From an uncultured Nitrospiraceae bacterium (GTDB lineage: Bacteria; Nitrospirota; Thermodesulfovibrionia; Thermodesulfovibrionales; UBA6898): a DNA stretch of 64,000 nucleotides. This document shows, one piece after another, positions 19,939-27,626 of the stretch. The notes under the pieces were generated by a model. It made no database searches. It saw nothing but the letters and a program-made list of their open reading frames with translations, and was not told the origin of the DNA. The position numbers were made by a program, and so were the translations under genes. The stretch's first letter is position 1. Every line of letters begins with the position of its first letter. The DNA is taken from the NCBI GenBank assembly GCA_963811165.1, contig CAWEQH010000004.1, forward strand, positions 448,001 to 512,000. Reading direction: 5' to 3'.

Positions 19939-21184
19939 TGAGCGGAAGAAGGGTCGTTGTTACAGGCCTGGGGCTCATAAGTCCTCTGGGCATCGGAGTA
20001 GAAAAAAGCTGGAGCGGGATGCTTCAGGGGAGGTCCGGCATCAGACGGATAACCCAGTTTGACGCTTCCTTGTTTGCAACGAAGATTGCCGGCGAGGTCG
20101 ACGGCTTCAACCCCGAAGATTACATCGAGCCGAAAGAAGTAAAGAAGATGGACAGGTTCATCCATTTCGGCGTTGCCGCCTCGACCATGGCCTTTGCAGA
20201 TTCGGGGCTTAAGATAGACGAGCATAATGCCGACGCGCGTCGGGGTTTATGTGGGGTCCGGAATGGGCGGTCTTCCGGCGATCGAGCATTACCATAAGGT
20301 ATTGCTCGAAAAGGGCCCGCGAAGGATCACGCCTTTTTTTATCCCGATGCTTATAATCAATCTTGCCGCAGGACAGATATCCATAAAGTTCGGAGCAAAG
20401 GGCCCGAACTCGGCCCCTGCTACCGCCTGCGCAACAGGCAGCCACGCCATAGGCGATGCGTTCAAGGTCATCCAGCGCGGCGATGCGGACGCGATGATCG
20501 CAGGCGGCACGGAATCCTGCATCACCTCGATGGGGATCGGCGGGTTCAACGCGATGAAGGCGCTGTCGACAAGGAACGACGAACCGGAGAAGGCGAGCCG
20601 GCCTTTCGACAGGGACAGGGACGGTTTTATCATGGGAGAAGGGTCCGGGATCATGATCATCGAGGAACTGGACCATGCGCTCGCAAGAAAGGCGCAGGAT
20701 CTACGCAGAAATTGTCGGGTATGGCCTGACTGGAGATGCCTACCATATTACTTCGCCGGCCCCGGGGGGTGAGGGCGCTGCGCGGTGTATGGCGATGGCC
20801 CTGAAAGACGCCGGCATGGGCCCTTCGGATGTCGATTACATAAACGCCCATGGGACGTCTACGAAATACGGGGACGAACTCGAGACCCAGGCGATCAAGA
20901 CGGTCTTTAAAGAGCATGCCTATAAGGTTGCGGTCAGCTCGACGAAATCGATGACCGGACACCTGCTTGGCGCTGCGGGCGGGGTTGAAGCGGTCATCTG
21001 CGCGCTAAGTATCCATAACAGCATCGTCCCGCCCACTATCAACCTCGACAACCCTGATCCGGAATGCGATCTCGATTACGTACCTAATGCGGCGAGAAAG
21101 GGAGATATCGGGGTTGCACTGTCGAATTCTTTCGGTTTCGGCGGCACGAACGCCTGTCTCCTGTTTAAAAAATTCTCAAATTGA
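19938..21184 (+). CDS. fabF: Beta-ketoacyl-ACP synthase II (two apparent frameshifts, near 20235 and 20690)
   Basis: [30 protein letters not shown] and NSFGFGG over three frames. Confidence 0.93.
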
Positions 21185-21888
21185 CCGACCCTGAAACAGA
21201 ACGGAAGTTAGAAGACCTCGAAAACAAACTCGGCTATTTTTTCGGGGACAGGGAACTTCTTTCCGAGGCCCTCACGCATAAATCCTACTATCACGAAAAC
21301 AGGTCGAAGGCCGCCCCATACAACGAACGTCTTGAATTCCTGGGCGACTCGGTCATAGGGCTGGTCGTTGTGGAATATCTCTTTCTCCTCGAAGAAAGGT
21401 ACAGCGAATCGGTCCTTGCAAAGATGAAGTCCTACCTTGTCTGTGAAGCGGTCCTGGCCGATATCGCTTCATCGATTTCTCTCGGCAAGTATATCCTCCT
21501 TGGAAAGGGAGAGGATTCGACGGGCGGCCGGATCAAAAAGTCGATCCTTTCTGATACCTTTGAGGCGGCCATAGGGGCCGTATATCTTGACGGCGGGTTT
21601 CCGAAGACCCGGGAGATCGTTCGCTCATTTTTTAAAGGCAGGGTCGATAAGGTGATCAAAGAGGGAGAATTTTACGACTACAAAACCGAGCTTCAGGAAA
21701 AAACGCAGCTCGACTACGGCACCCTTCCCGAATACAGGGTCATTAAAGAGGAGGGCGTAGAACATAAGAGGGTCTTCACCGTGGCCGTGTTCCTGGAAGG
21801 CAGGGAACTCGGGGTCGCCTCCGGCAAGAGGAAGAAAGAGGCCGAGGCCCTGGCTGCAAAAGAGGCGCTCGAAAAGCTAAAGGGATAG
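21181..21888 (+). CDS. rnc: Ribonuclease III
   Basis: [10 protein letters not shown] signature; C-terminal dsRBD ([13 protein letters not shown]). Confidence 0.95.
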   Translation: MTDPETERKLEDLENKLGYFFGDRELLSEALTHKSYYHENRSKAAPYNERLEFLGDSVIGLVVVEYLFLLEERYSESVLAKMKSYLVCEAVLADIASSISLGKYILLGKGEDSTGGRIKKSILSDTFEAAIGAVYLDGGFPKTREIVRSFFKGRVDKVIKEGEFYDYKTELQEKTQLDYGTLPEYRVIKEEGVEHKRVFTVAVFLEGRELGVASGKRKKEAEALAAKEALEKLKG

Positions 21889-21925
21889 AGAGCGAGTGGC
21901 CATGATCATGGTACAATAACAGCCA

Positions 21926-22813
21926 GTGGATATACACCATCTCAGGGTATTTGCATCTGTCTTCAAACACAGAAGCTTTTCAAAGGCTTCCGAGGAGTTG
22001 CACCTGACTCAGCCGACGGTGAGCGACCATATCAAGGCGCTTGAAGAGGAGCTCAACTGCAAGCTCTTCGACCGGCTCAGCAGAAAGATTATCCCCACAA
22101 AAGAGGCCGGCGTTCTTATTGGGCGCGCCGGTGAGATCATCGAGAAGGTCGAGGGCATTCAGGGACTTTTGGGGGAGTCCAGAAAAGAGCTTTCCGGCCA
22201 TCTCATCATCGGCGCAAGCACAATCCCTGCAACGTATATCCTTCCGGGTCTCACCGCGTCATACAGGAAAAAACATCCCGGCGTTTTTTTCGAGATAGTC
22301 GTTTCGGACTCGCGGGGGATAATAGATAAAGTCGCGGGGCACGATCTCCTTGTCGGCATGGTGGGGGCCAAGCTGGATAACGGGCAGGTCCATTACACCC
22401 CTTTTCTTGACGACGAGCTGATAGCAATAGCAGCGCCTTCCCCGGCAAAGATCAGGGGCCTCGGCCTCAGAGAGATTGCGGCACTTCCAATGGTCATGCG
22501 GGAACAGGGGTCAGGCACACGGAGGGAGTTTGAAAAGATACTCCTAAAGGAGGGTATCGATCCGCAGCAGCTCAGCATTGTCGGCCTGTTTGGCTCTACC
22601 GATGCGATTAAACAGGCGGTCAAGGAAGGGATGGGCATCTCGGTTATTTCCCGCCGCGCAGTGCGGGATGAGCTTAAGTGCAACATGCTTCGGGAGATCA
22701 AGATAAAGAATGCCGATATGAAACGGCAATTTTTTATCGTCACCCACAGGAAAAGAACGCTCCCGCACATCTACAGAGGCTTCCTTGAATTTCTTCTTCC
22801 CGGTTCCCAATAG
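21926..22813 (+). CDS. Selenium-metabolism-associated LysR family regulator
   Basis: LysR HTH (SFSKASEELHLTQPTVS), IGASTIPATYILP, REQGSGTR; upstream of a YedF gene. Confidence 0.88.
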   Translation: MDIHHLRVFASVFKHRSFSKASEELHLTQPTVSDHIKALEEELNCKLFDRLSRKIIPTKEAGVLIGRAGEIIEKVEGIQGLLGESRKELSGHLIIGASTIPATYILPGLTASYRKKHPGVFFEIVVSDSRGIIDKVAGHDLLVGMVGAKLDNGQVHYTPFLDDELIAIAAPSPAKIRGLGLREIAALPMVMREQGSGTRREFEKILLKEGIDPQQLSIVGLFGSTDAIKQAVKEGMGISVISRRAVRDELKCNMLREIKIKNADMKRQFFIVTHRKRTLPHIYRGFLEFLLPGSQ

Positions 22814-22874
22814 AGTTTCGGCGTAATTCCCCGACTCAATTATTATACCCGCCAGACTGCAATCCATTCGACCG

Positions 22875-22943
22875 ATAGGTAGTGCCCTATGGATAGATAT
22901 TATCTATTGGTAATATAGATTAAAGATATCTTATTATTTGACC
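22875..22943 (+). promoter_or_regulatory. LysR-type operator boxes and -35 element
   Basis: ATAG-N8-CTAT (22875-22890), perfect ATAG-N7-CTAT (22893-22907), ATAG-N7-ATAT (22915-22929), TTGACC at 22938. Confidence 0.6.
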
Positions 22944-22975
22944 GGTAGGGTATCCGGAAATGACGATGGATACCT

Positions 22976-23032
22976 ATGAAGCACTACGAAGAGAGAATGT
23001 ATAACGCGAAGAGATATAAGGGCTATACCTGA
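22976..23032 (+). CDS. Putative 18-aa leader peptide ending in TGA
   Basis: MKHYEERMYNAKRYKGYT*; the stop lies 3 nt before the tRNA-like gene; only a weak GGA SD. Confidence 0.3.
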   Translation: MKHYEERMYNAKRYKGYT

Positions 23033-23035
23033 AGC

Positions 23036-23130
23036 GGGGGGCAAGGGGTTGGTGCCCCTCCCGGTCTGCAAAACCGGCATATAGCCGAAAATAGGCTATT
23101 GTGGGTTCGATTCCCACTGTTCCCTCTCCA
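23036..23130 (+). tRNA. tRNA(Sec)-like scaffold with Cys anticodon GCA and U73 (selC*-type tRNA-Cys)
   Basis: 6-bp D-stem AGGGGT/GCCCCT with TGGT loop; anticodon arm CCGGT-CTGCAAA-ACCGG; long variable arm ATAGCC/GGCTAT; T-arm GTGGG-TTCGATT-CCCAC; 3' end T-CCA. Confidence 0.88.
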
Positions 23131-23185
23131 TCTAAACTCTCACGTCTCAGACGTTTAAATCTAATTATAAAAGGAGGATCAGAAG

Positions 23186-23632
23186 ATGGCGGAAGAAAAG
23201 AAGATGACCGTGGAAGAGGTGAATGAGTATATGAAGCAGAAATGCGGCTTTGTGCCGAGAATGTTTCAGATCATAAACACGGTAACGCCCGAGCCCGGAA
23301 GGACGTTTGCCGACTTTTATGCGAGTATTTTCGGAGACGGCGCATTGTCGAAAAAAATAAAGGAACTGATGTTCATGTCCGGCGGAGTCGCCTATTGCTC
23401 TCCGAGATGTATCATTCATGTCATCCCGGCGATTAATGCGGGAGCGACGACGGGAGAGATATTCGAGGCCGCATCTGTCGGCATGATTTTGGCAGGTTTC
23501 GTGCCCGGCGGCCCGGGAATACCCTATGCCTTCGAATATGCCCTTAAGTGTCTCGATATTGAGGCAAAATACAGGAAGGGCGAAAAATGGGAGTATCTGC
23601 CCGCGCCCAGGTTCGATCATGGGGTGTTCTGA
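23186..23632 (+). CDS. Carboxymuconolactone decarboxylase/AhpD-like protein
   Basis: DGALSKKIKELM...CSPRCIIH...AINAGATTGEIFEA; AGGAGG RBS. Confidence 0.85.
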   Translation: MAEEKKMTVEEVNEYMKQKCGFVPRMFQIINTVTPEPGRTFADFYASIFGDGALSKKIKELMFMSGGVAYCSPRCIIHVIPAINAGATTGEIFEAASVGMILAGFVPGGPGIPYAFEYALKCLDIEAKYRKGEKWEYLPAPRFDHGVF

Positions 23633-23690
23633 GCCGGCTCTCAAATATAGGGAATAATCTTGAGACGATTAAGGAGCATTAGGGGGATAT

Positions 23691-24449
23691 ATGCGTAATA
23701 CCAAGACGTCATTCCAGATAAGAGTCCTGTTGGTCCCACTGGTATTTCTCATCATGGTAATGGGAACATCATCTGTTTCCGCAGAGAACACGTATAGAAT
23801 CATTTCAACCGGGCAGCTTAAGACGATGCTCAGCGCAAAGGAAGATTTCACTCTTATCGACGCCAGGACAAAGGATGAATTCGACGAAGCGCATATAGTC
23901 GGGGCGATCAACATCCCTGAAAAAAACTTTGAAGCAATGATGTCCGCCCTTCCGGCAAACAAAAACGTCCTCCTGGTCATCTACTGTAACGGAACGAAGT
24001 GCGGCAAGAGCAAAAAGGTTGCGGCAAAGGCAGAGGCAGCGGGATACACAAACATCATGCTCTATGCGGAGGGGTTCCCGGTGTGGGAAGAAAAGGCAAT
24101 GCCTATCAGCGCAGGACCTGATTACCGCAAAAAGATTGAAACAACGAAGCTCAACCCGGCGGAGCTGAAAAAGATGATCGACAGCGGATCAAAGGACTTC
24201 GTCATTGTAGATGTCCGGGATGAAACAGAATACGGCGAGGGGCACATACCCACTGCCATAAACATTCCGGTAGAGACTTTCGCTGTCAGGTCGGAGGCGC
24301 TGCCGAAAGAAAAGAAGATCGTCGTTTACTGCAATACCGGAGGCAGAAGTTATACTGCCTATAGAAAACTGGTGAAGCTTGCCTATCCGAACATCTACCA
24401 GACGCTATTTGCCGATTGGAAAGAGTCCGGGCAGGCGGTGGAAAAATAG
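23691..24449 (+). CDS. Exported tandem rhodanese-domain protein
   Basis: Signal peptide; two DxR..E...HI..A.NIP repeats with YCNGTKCGKS and YCNTGGRS loops. Confidence 0.9.
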   Translation: MRNTKTSFQIRVLLVPLVFLIMVMGTSSVSAENTYRIISTGQLKTMLSAKEDFTLIDARTKDEFDEAHIVGAINIPEKNFEAMMSALPANKNVLLVIYCNGTKCGKSKKVAAKAEAAGYTNIMLYAEGFPVWEEKAMPISAGPDYRKKIETTKLNPAELKKMIDSGSKDFVIVDVRDETEYGEGHIPTAINIPVETFAVRSEALPKEKKIVVYCNTGGRSYTAYRKLVKLAYPNIYQTLFADWKESGQAVEK

Positions 24450-24458
24450 GAGGTAGAA

Positions 24459-25049
24459 ATGGTTATAGACGCAAGAAATCAGGGCTGTCCGAAACCTGTG
24501 ATGATGGCTGAAGAAGCCCTCTCGAAAATCACGGAAGGAATTGTCGAGGTCATTGTTGACAATGAGCCTTCTGCAGATAACCTTGCATGGTTTGCAAAGA
24601 GCAATGCCTTCTTTTCTGAGACAATCAGGGATGGTCGAAACTGGCGGGTGAAGATAGTGAAAGGGTATGCTTGTGCGCCTGCGCCTGAAGCAGAAAAAGC
24701 ACCGGAGGCGAAAAAAGACCTGCTCATAGTCGTGGGCACGGATACGATGGGGAAGGAAGAAGAACTCGGCAAGATTCTGATGAAGGGCTATTTTGAAACG
24801 ATGAAGACCTACAAGCAGATACCTGACGCGATCTTTTTTCTGAATGCCGGCGTAAAGCTTACCACTACAAATGCCGACATCTGTCCCATTCTGAAAGAGA
24901 TCGAGACTATAGGTGTGGAGATATATTCCTGCGGAACATGCCTCAAACACTACGGACTTGAAGCACAACTAAAGGTGGGCCACAGGGGGACGACGAACCA
25001 TATTGTGGAAGGCATGAAGGACTTTAATAAGACTGTCTGGATAGGATAG
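24459..25049 (+). CDS. yedF: Sulfurtransferase-like selenium metabolism protein YedF (TusA/SirA plus DsrE-like)
   Basis: IDARNQGCPKPV; ELGKILM; FLNAGVKL; SCGTCLKHY. Confidence 0.9.
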   Translation: MVIDARNQGCPKPVMMAEEALSKITEGIVEVIVDNEPSADNLAWFAKSNAFFSETIRDGRNWRVKIVKGYACAPAPEAEKAPEAKKDLLIVVGTDTMGKEEELGKILMKGYFETMKTYKQIPDAIFFLNAGVKLTTTNADICPILKEIETIGVEIYSCGTCLKHYGLEAQLKVGHRGTTNHIVEGMKDFNKTVWIG

Positions 25050-25076
25050 CTAAAAAAGACCCCTACTCTCAAAGCG

Positions 25077-25104
25077 TTGACACCCTAGCGGTTCGGGATA
25101 TACT
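25077..25104 (+). promoter_or_regulatory. Sigma-70 promoter
   Basis: TTGACA-N16-TATACT upstream of the small lipoprotein gene. Confidence 0.6.
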
Positions 25105-25176
25105 TAGTAATAAGAAGCCTGCGATATGGCATCAGTATGAGGGGGAAAACGGCAAATAACCGCTAAGGAGGTCTTT

Positions 25177-25338
25177 ATGAAAAGAATAGTCAGCTTCATT
25201 CTATTAAGTATCCTGCTCGTCGCATTAGGTGGATGTTTATGGGTGCATGAACGCGACGGGGGCGAGCGCGATCGCGGGGAGCGCTATGAACATGAACGCG
25301 GCGAGCATGAGCATCATGAAATGGAAGAGAGGCGGTAA
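25177..25338 (+). CDS. Small lipoprotein with His/Glu/Arg-rich tail (53 aa)
   Basis: TAAGGAGGT RBS; MKRIVSFILLSILLVALGG-C lipobox; ...HERGEHEHHEMEERR*. Below the ORF-track length cutoff. Confidence 0.8.
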   Translation: MKRIVSFILLSILLVALGGCLWVHERDGGERDRGERYEHERGEHEHHEMEERR

Positions 25339-25388
25339 GAATCTGTCGTCAATATTTTGAAATTAGCGATCTCAAAACTGGATTCATA

Positions 25389-25460
25389 ACTCCCCTTAAC
25401 CCCCTCTTATCTTAAGAGGGGGGGAGGCGAAGCCTTGGGGCATTATTTCAAAGAGGGGAG
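25389..25460. repeat. CCCCT...AGGGG palindromic repeat element
   Basis: CTCCCCTT...AGAGGGGAG ends with internal CCCCTCTTATCTTAAGAGGGG; related to 5001-5033 and the insert at 59221-59291. Confidence 0.55.
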
Positions 25461-27509
25461 CTACTGGATCGAGAGTCCGTTAACGGTAACGATTCCTAAG
25501 CCGCTTATCGTCACCGTGCCGTGAACCGCTGAGAACCCGGTTGCAGGCGAGAATGAAGAATCATAGCCTCCGTTAAGGGTCACATCGAAGTCATTATCGA
25601 GTGTCAGGTCTTCATAAAAAGTAATCGACTGGATGTCGAGGGTGTCGGCAGCGGCGATTGCGACGTAGGCGTCACTAATGCTGGAATAGAAGGAAACGTC
25701 ACCTACCTTCTTTACAAGGGCAGTAGGATCGCAGGTCGAAAACCTGAAGGCCCCTATCCGAGTATGCCAGTTGCCGCTGTCGCCATTTGTTTGGCTGTCG
25801 TAATATTCATTGACGTACCAAAAAGTGCAATCGTCTGACGGATCGACACTCATCGAGGAATAATCGCCCCAACGGTCGCAGGGCGCCCCACCGCAGTTGT
25901 TTGTCTGAGATCCCGTTCCCGAAAATAGCACGGTTTCGGTCTGCGGAAGCTGGTTAAAGGGATCGGATGCGAGCCTGCCTGAGTAAGCGATGCTTGGATA
26001 ATTAGGCGCAGTGCCGTTTGAGGTGCTATAACCCAGGGCCATGTTGCCGTCCTTGTCCGCCGACAGGCTCCCCATCCAGCGATAGAGAGTGATATCCGGC
26101 GCATAAATCTGCTCCTGGACAGGAGTTGTCTTGATGGTGCCTCCTGACACATCGATCTGTGACCACTGCGGCCGGACTGTGGAGGTCGGTGACGTCATTA
26201 CACTGTGGACCACCCATAGGGATTCGCTGGACCCGATCTTCCGATAGGGTACTTTCTGCATAAGCCGGTCTCCTAAACTGTCCAGCTTCGTTGTCGTACT
26301 CGGCTGGGGCACGATACTCGGAGCGCTTAAGAAAGCGTCATTATACGCTGTTTGAGATACCAGGACAGGCGCTGCATTAAACGTTCCGACCGAGCAGTTG
26401 CTGCTGGTCAAAAACGTGCGCACTTCAAATCCCCAATTGATCTGAGATTCCGAGACAAAGTAGTTCGGTGTTCCGGCGGGCGGTAAAGAACCCGGAGAAG
26501 CGCCGAGTATGGTGCTTGGTATCATGGTGAAGATGGGGTAGGTAGGGTAGGGAAGGAACCCTATCGTCCAGCTGAGCGTGTTGCCGGCCTCGAGGTCGCT
26601 CCGGCTGAAGGCGGCATAGAGCACGCCGACAAATGGGTTCACTGGGTCGTTGGTAAACTCATTTGCTGCCATATAGAGGCAGTCCGGCCATACGCCGAAT
26701 TTGGGATAATCGTTCAGCGCTCCCACAGGGGGGCGGCCAGTTCCCCCGGGGTCCATGCGAAGAGGATAGAGCCACCATCCGCCTGAAACAGGGTCACTCG
26801 TTTTCGATACCGCAATGCATTCGTAGTAAGGCGAAATAGGATTGGAGCCGCTGAAGCCAAAGGCAAAATGGGCGAGTATCCAGCGGTCGACTAAGGGATC
26901 GTAGACCACGATCGGATCACCTTGGGAGTTGCTTTTACAAGGGTTTGATCCGCCTGAGCCCCAGAGGTTGTCTTCGGTAAAGGACGCCAAAAGAGTCCCT
27001 GACTTGCTATAAATCGCATATGAGGTGTTTACTGCCAGGATGTAGTTGTTCGGACCAACATCGCCGTTCGGGTCCGGAGGCCAGCCGCCGCCGCATTGCC
27101 CTCCGGTGCAGCTGTCAGTAAAATTCAGTCCCAAAAAGTTCTCGACCGGGCTCGGCATGGAGGCCGCAGGCGGTTGGGCAAAAGGAGCAGATGGCGCGTA
27201 GACGGCCGCAGGGTATTTCGGCGTAACAGGCGCTCTTCTTTGTGGACGGTAAGGTTTCGGCGAATTAGCAGAGCTCTTTAGGGCAAAATAGGGCAGGCCC
27301 CTTAGATCGCCATCAAATTCGAAGGGAATGACGGGTTCCCCGGCGGAGGTGACAACGGTGTCGCTCACCGCGGCCGACGATGCGCCGCTGTTTTGATTTG
27401 CTGCGGATACCGGCCGGACGTAAAAAAGTAAAAGGAGCAAGCACCCGAGGAGGAGACTTGTTCTCATGTAATCGTATCCGGAATCGCTGCCTTTGTTGTT
27501 CTCTTTCAT
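25461..27509 (-). CDS. Secreted hypothetical protein with conserved C-terminal domain
   Basis: Signal peptide; PPDPNGDVGP, DYPKFG, RWGDYSSM motifs; C-terminal domain shared with 37934-38180. Confidence 0.85.
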   Translation of the reverse strand: MKENNKGSDSGYDYMRTSLLLGCLLLLLFYVRPVSAANQNSGASSAAVSDTVVTSAGEPVIPFEFDGDLRGLPYFALKSSANSPKPYRPQRRAPVTPKYPAAVYAPSAPFAQPPAASMPSPVENFLGLNFTDSCTGGQCGGGWPPDPNGDVGPNNYILAVNTSYAIYSKSGTLLASFTEDNLWGSGGSNPCKSNSQGDPIVVYDPLVDRWILAHFAFGFSGSNPISPYYECIAVSKTSDPVSGGWWLYPLRMDPGGTGRPPVGALNDYPKFGVWPDCLYMAANEFTNDPVNPFVGVLYAAFSRSDLEAGNTLSWTIGFLPYPTYPIFTMIPSTILGASPGSLPPAGTPNYFVSESQINWGFEVRTFLTSSNCSVGTFNAAPVLVSQTAYNDAFLSAPSIVPQPSTTTKLDSLGDRLMQKVPYRKIGSSESLWVVHSVMTSPTSTVRPQWSQIDVSGGTIKTTPVQEQIYAPDITLYRWMGSLSADKDGNMALGYSTSNGTAPNYPSIAYSGRLASDPFNQLPQTETVLFSGTGSQTNNCGGAPCDRWGDYSSMSVDPSDDCTFWYVNEYYDSQTNGDSGNWHTRIGAFRFSTCDPTALVKKVGDVSFYSSISDAYVAIAAADTLDIQSITFYEDLTLDNDFDVTLNGGYDSSFSPATGFSAVHGTVTISGLGIVTVNGLSIQ

Positions 27510-27626
27510 TCAGTTCCCTCTCTCATGTTCCACCTGATTCGTTTTGGACAGATCTTTTATTATACTTAATATCTCCCTTAGTTTAATTACTCCCGGGAAT
27601 TTTTTTTGTCCTGATCGCCAGGCTAA

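Noticed and set aside
22960..23004. Alternative uORF MTMDTYEALRRENV*
   Set aside because: Its start overlaps the presumed -10 region and it has no SD.
23036..23130. Ordinary selC tRNA-Sec or ordinary tRNA-Cys
   Set aside because: GCA anticodon and U73 exclude canonical selC; the 6-bp D-stem and long variable arm exclude canonical tRNA-Cys.
23630..23690. Selenocysteine read-through at the CMD gene TGA
   Set aside because: The protein looks complete, no compact SECIS-like hairpin follows, and an in-frame TAG comes shortly after.
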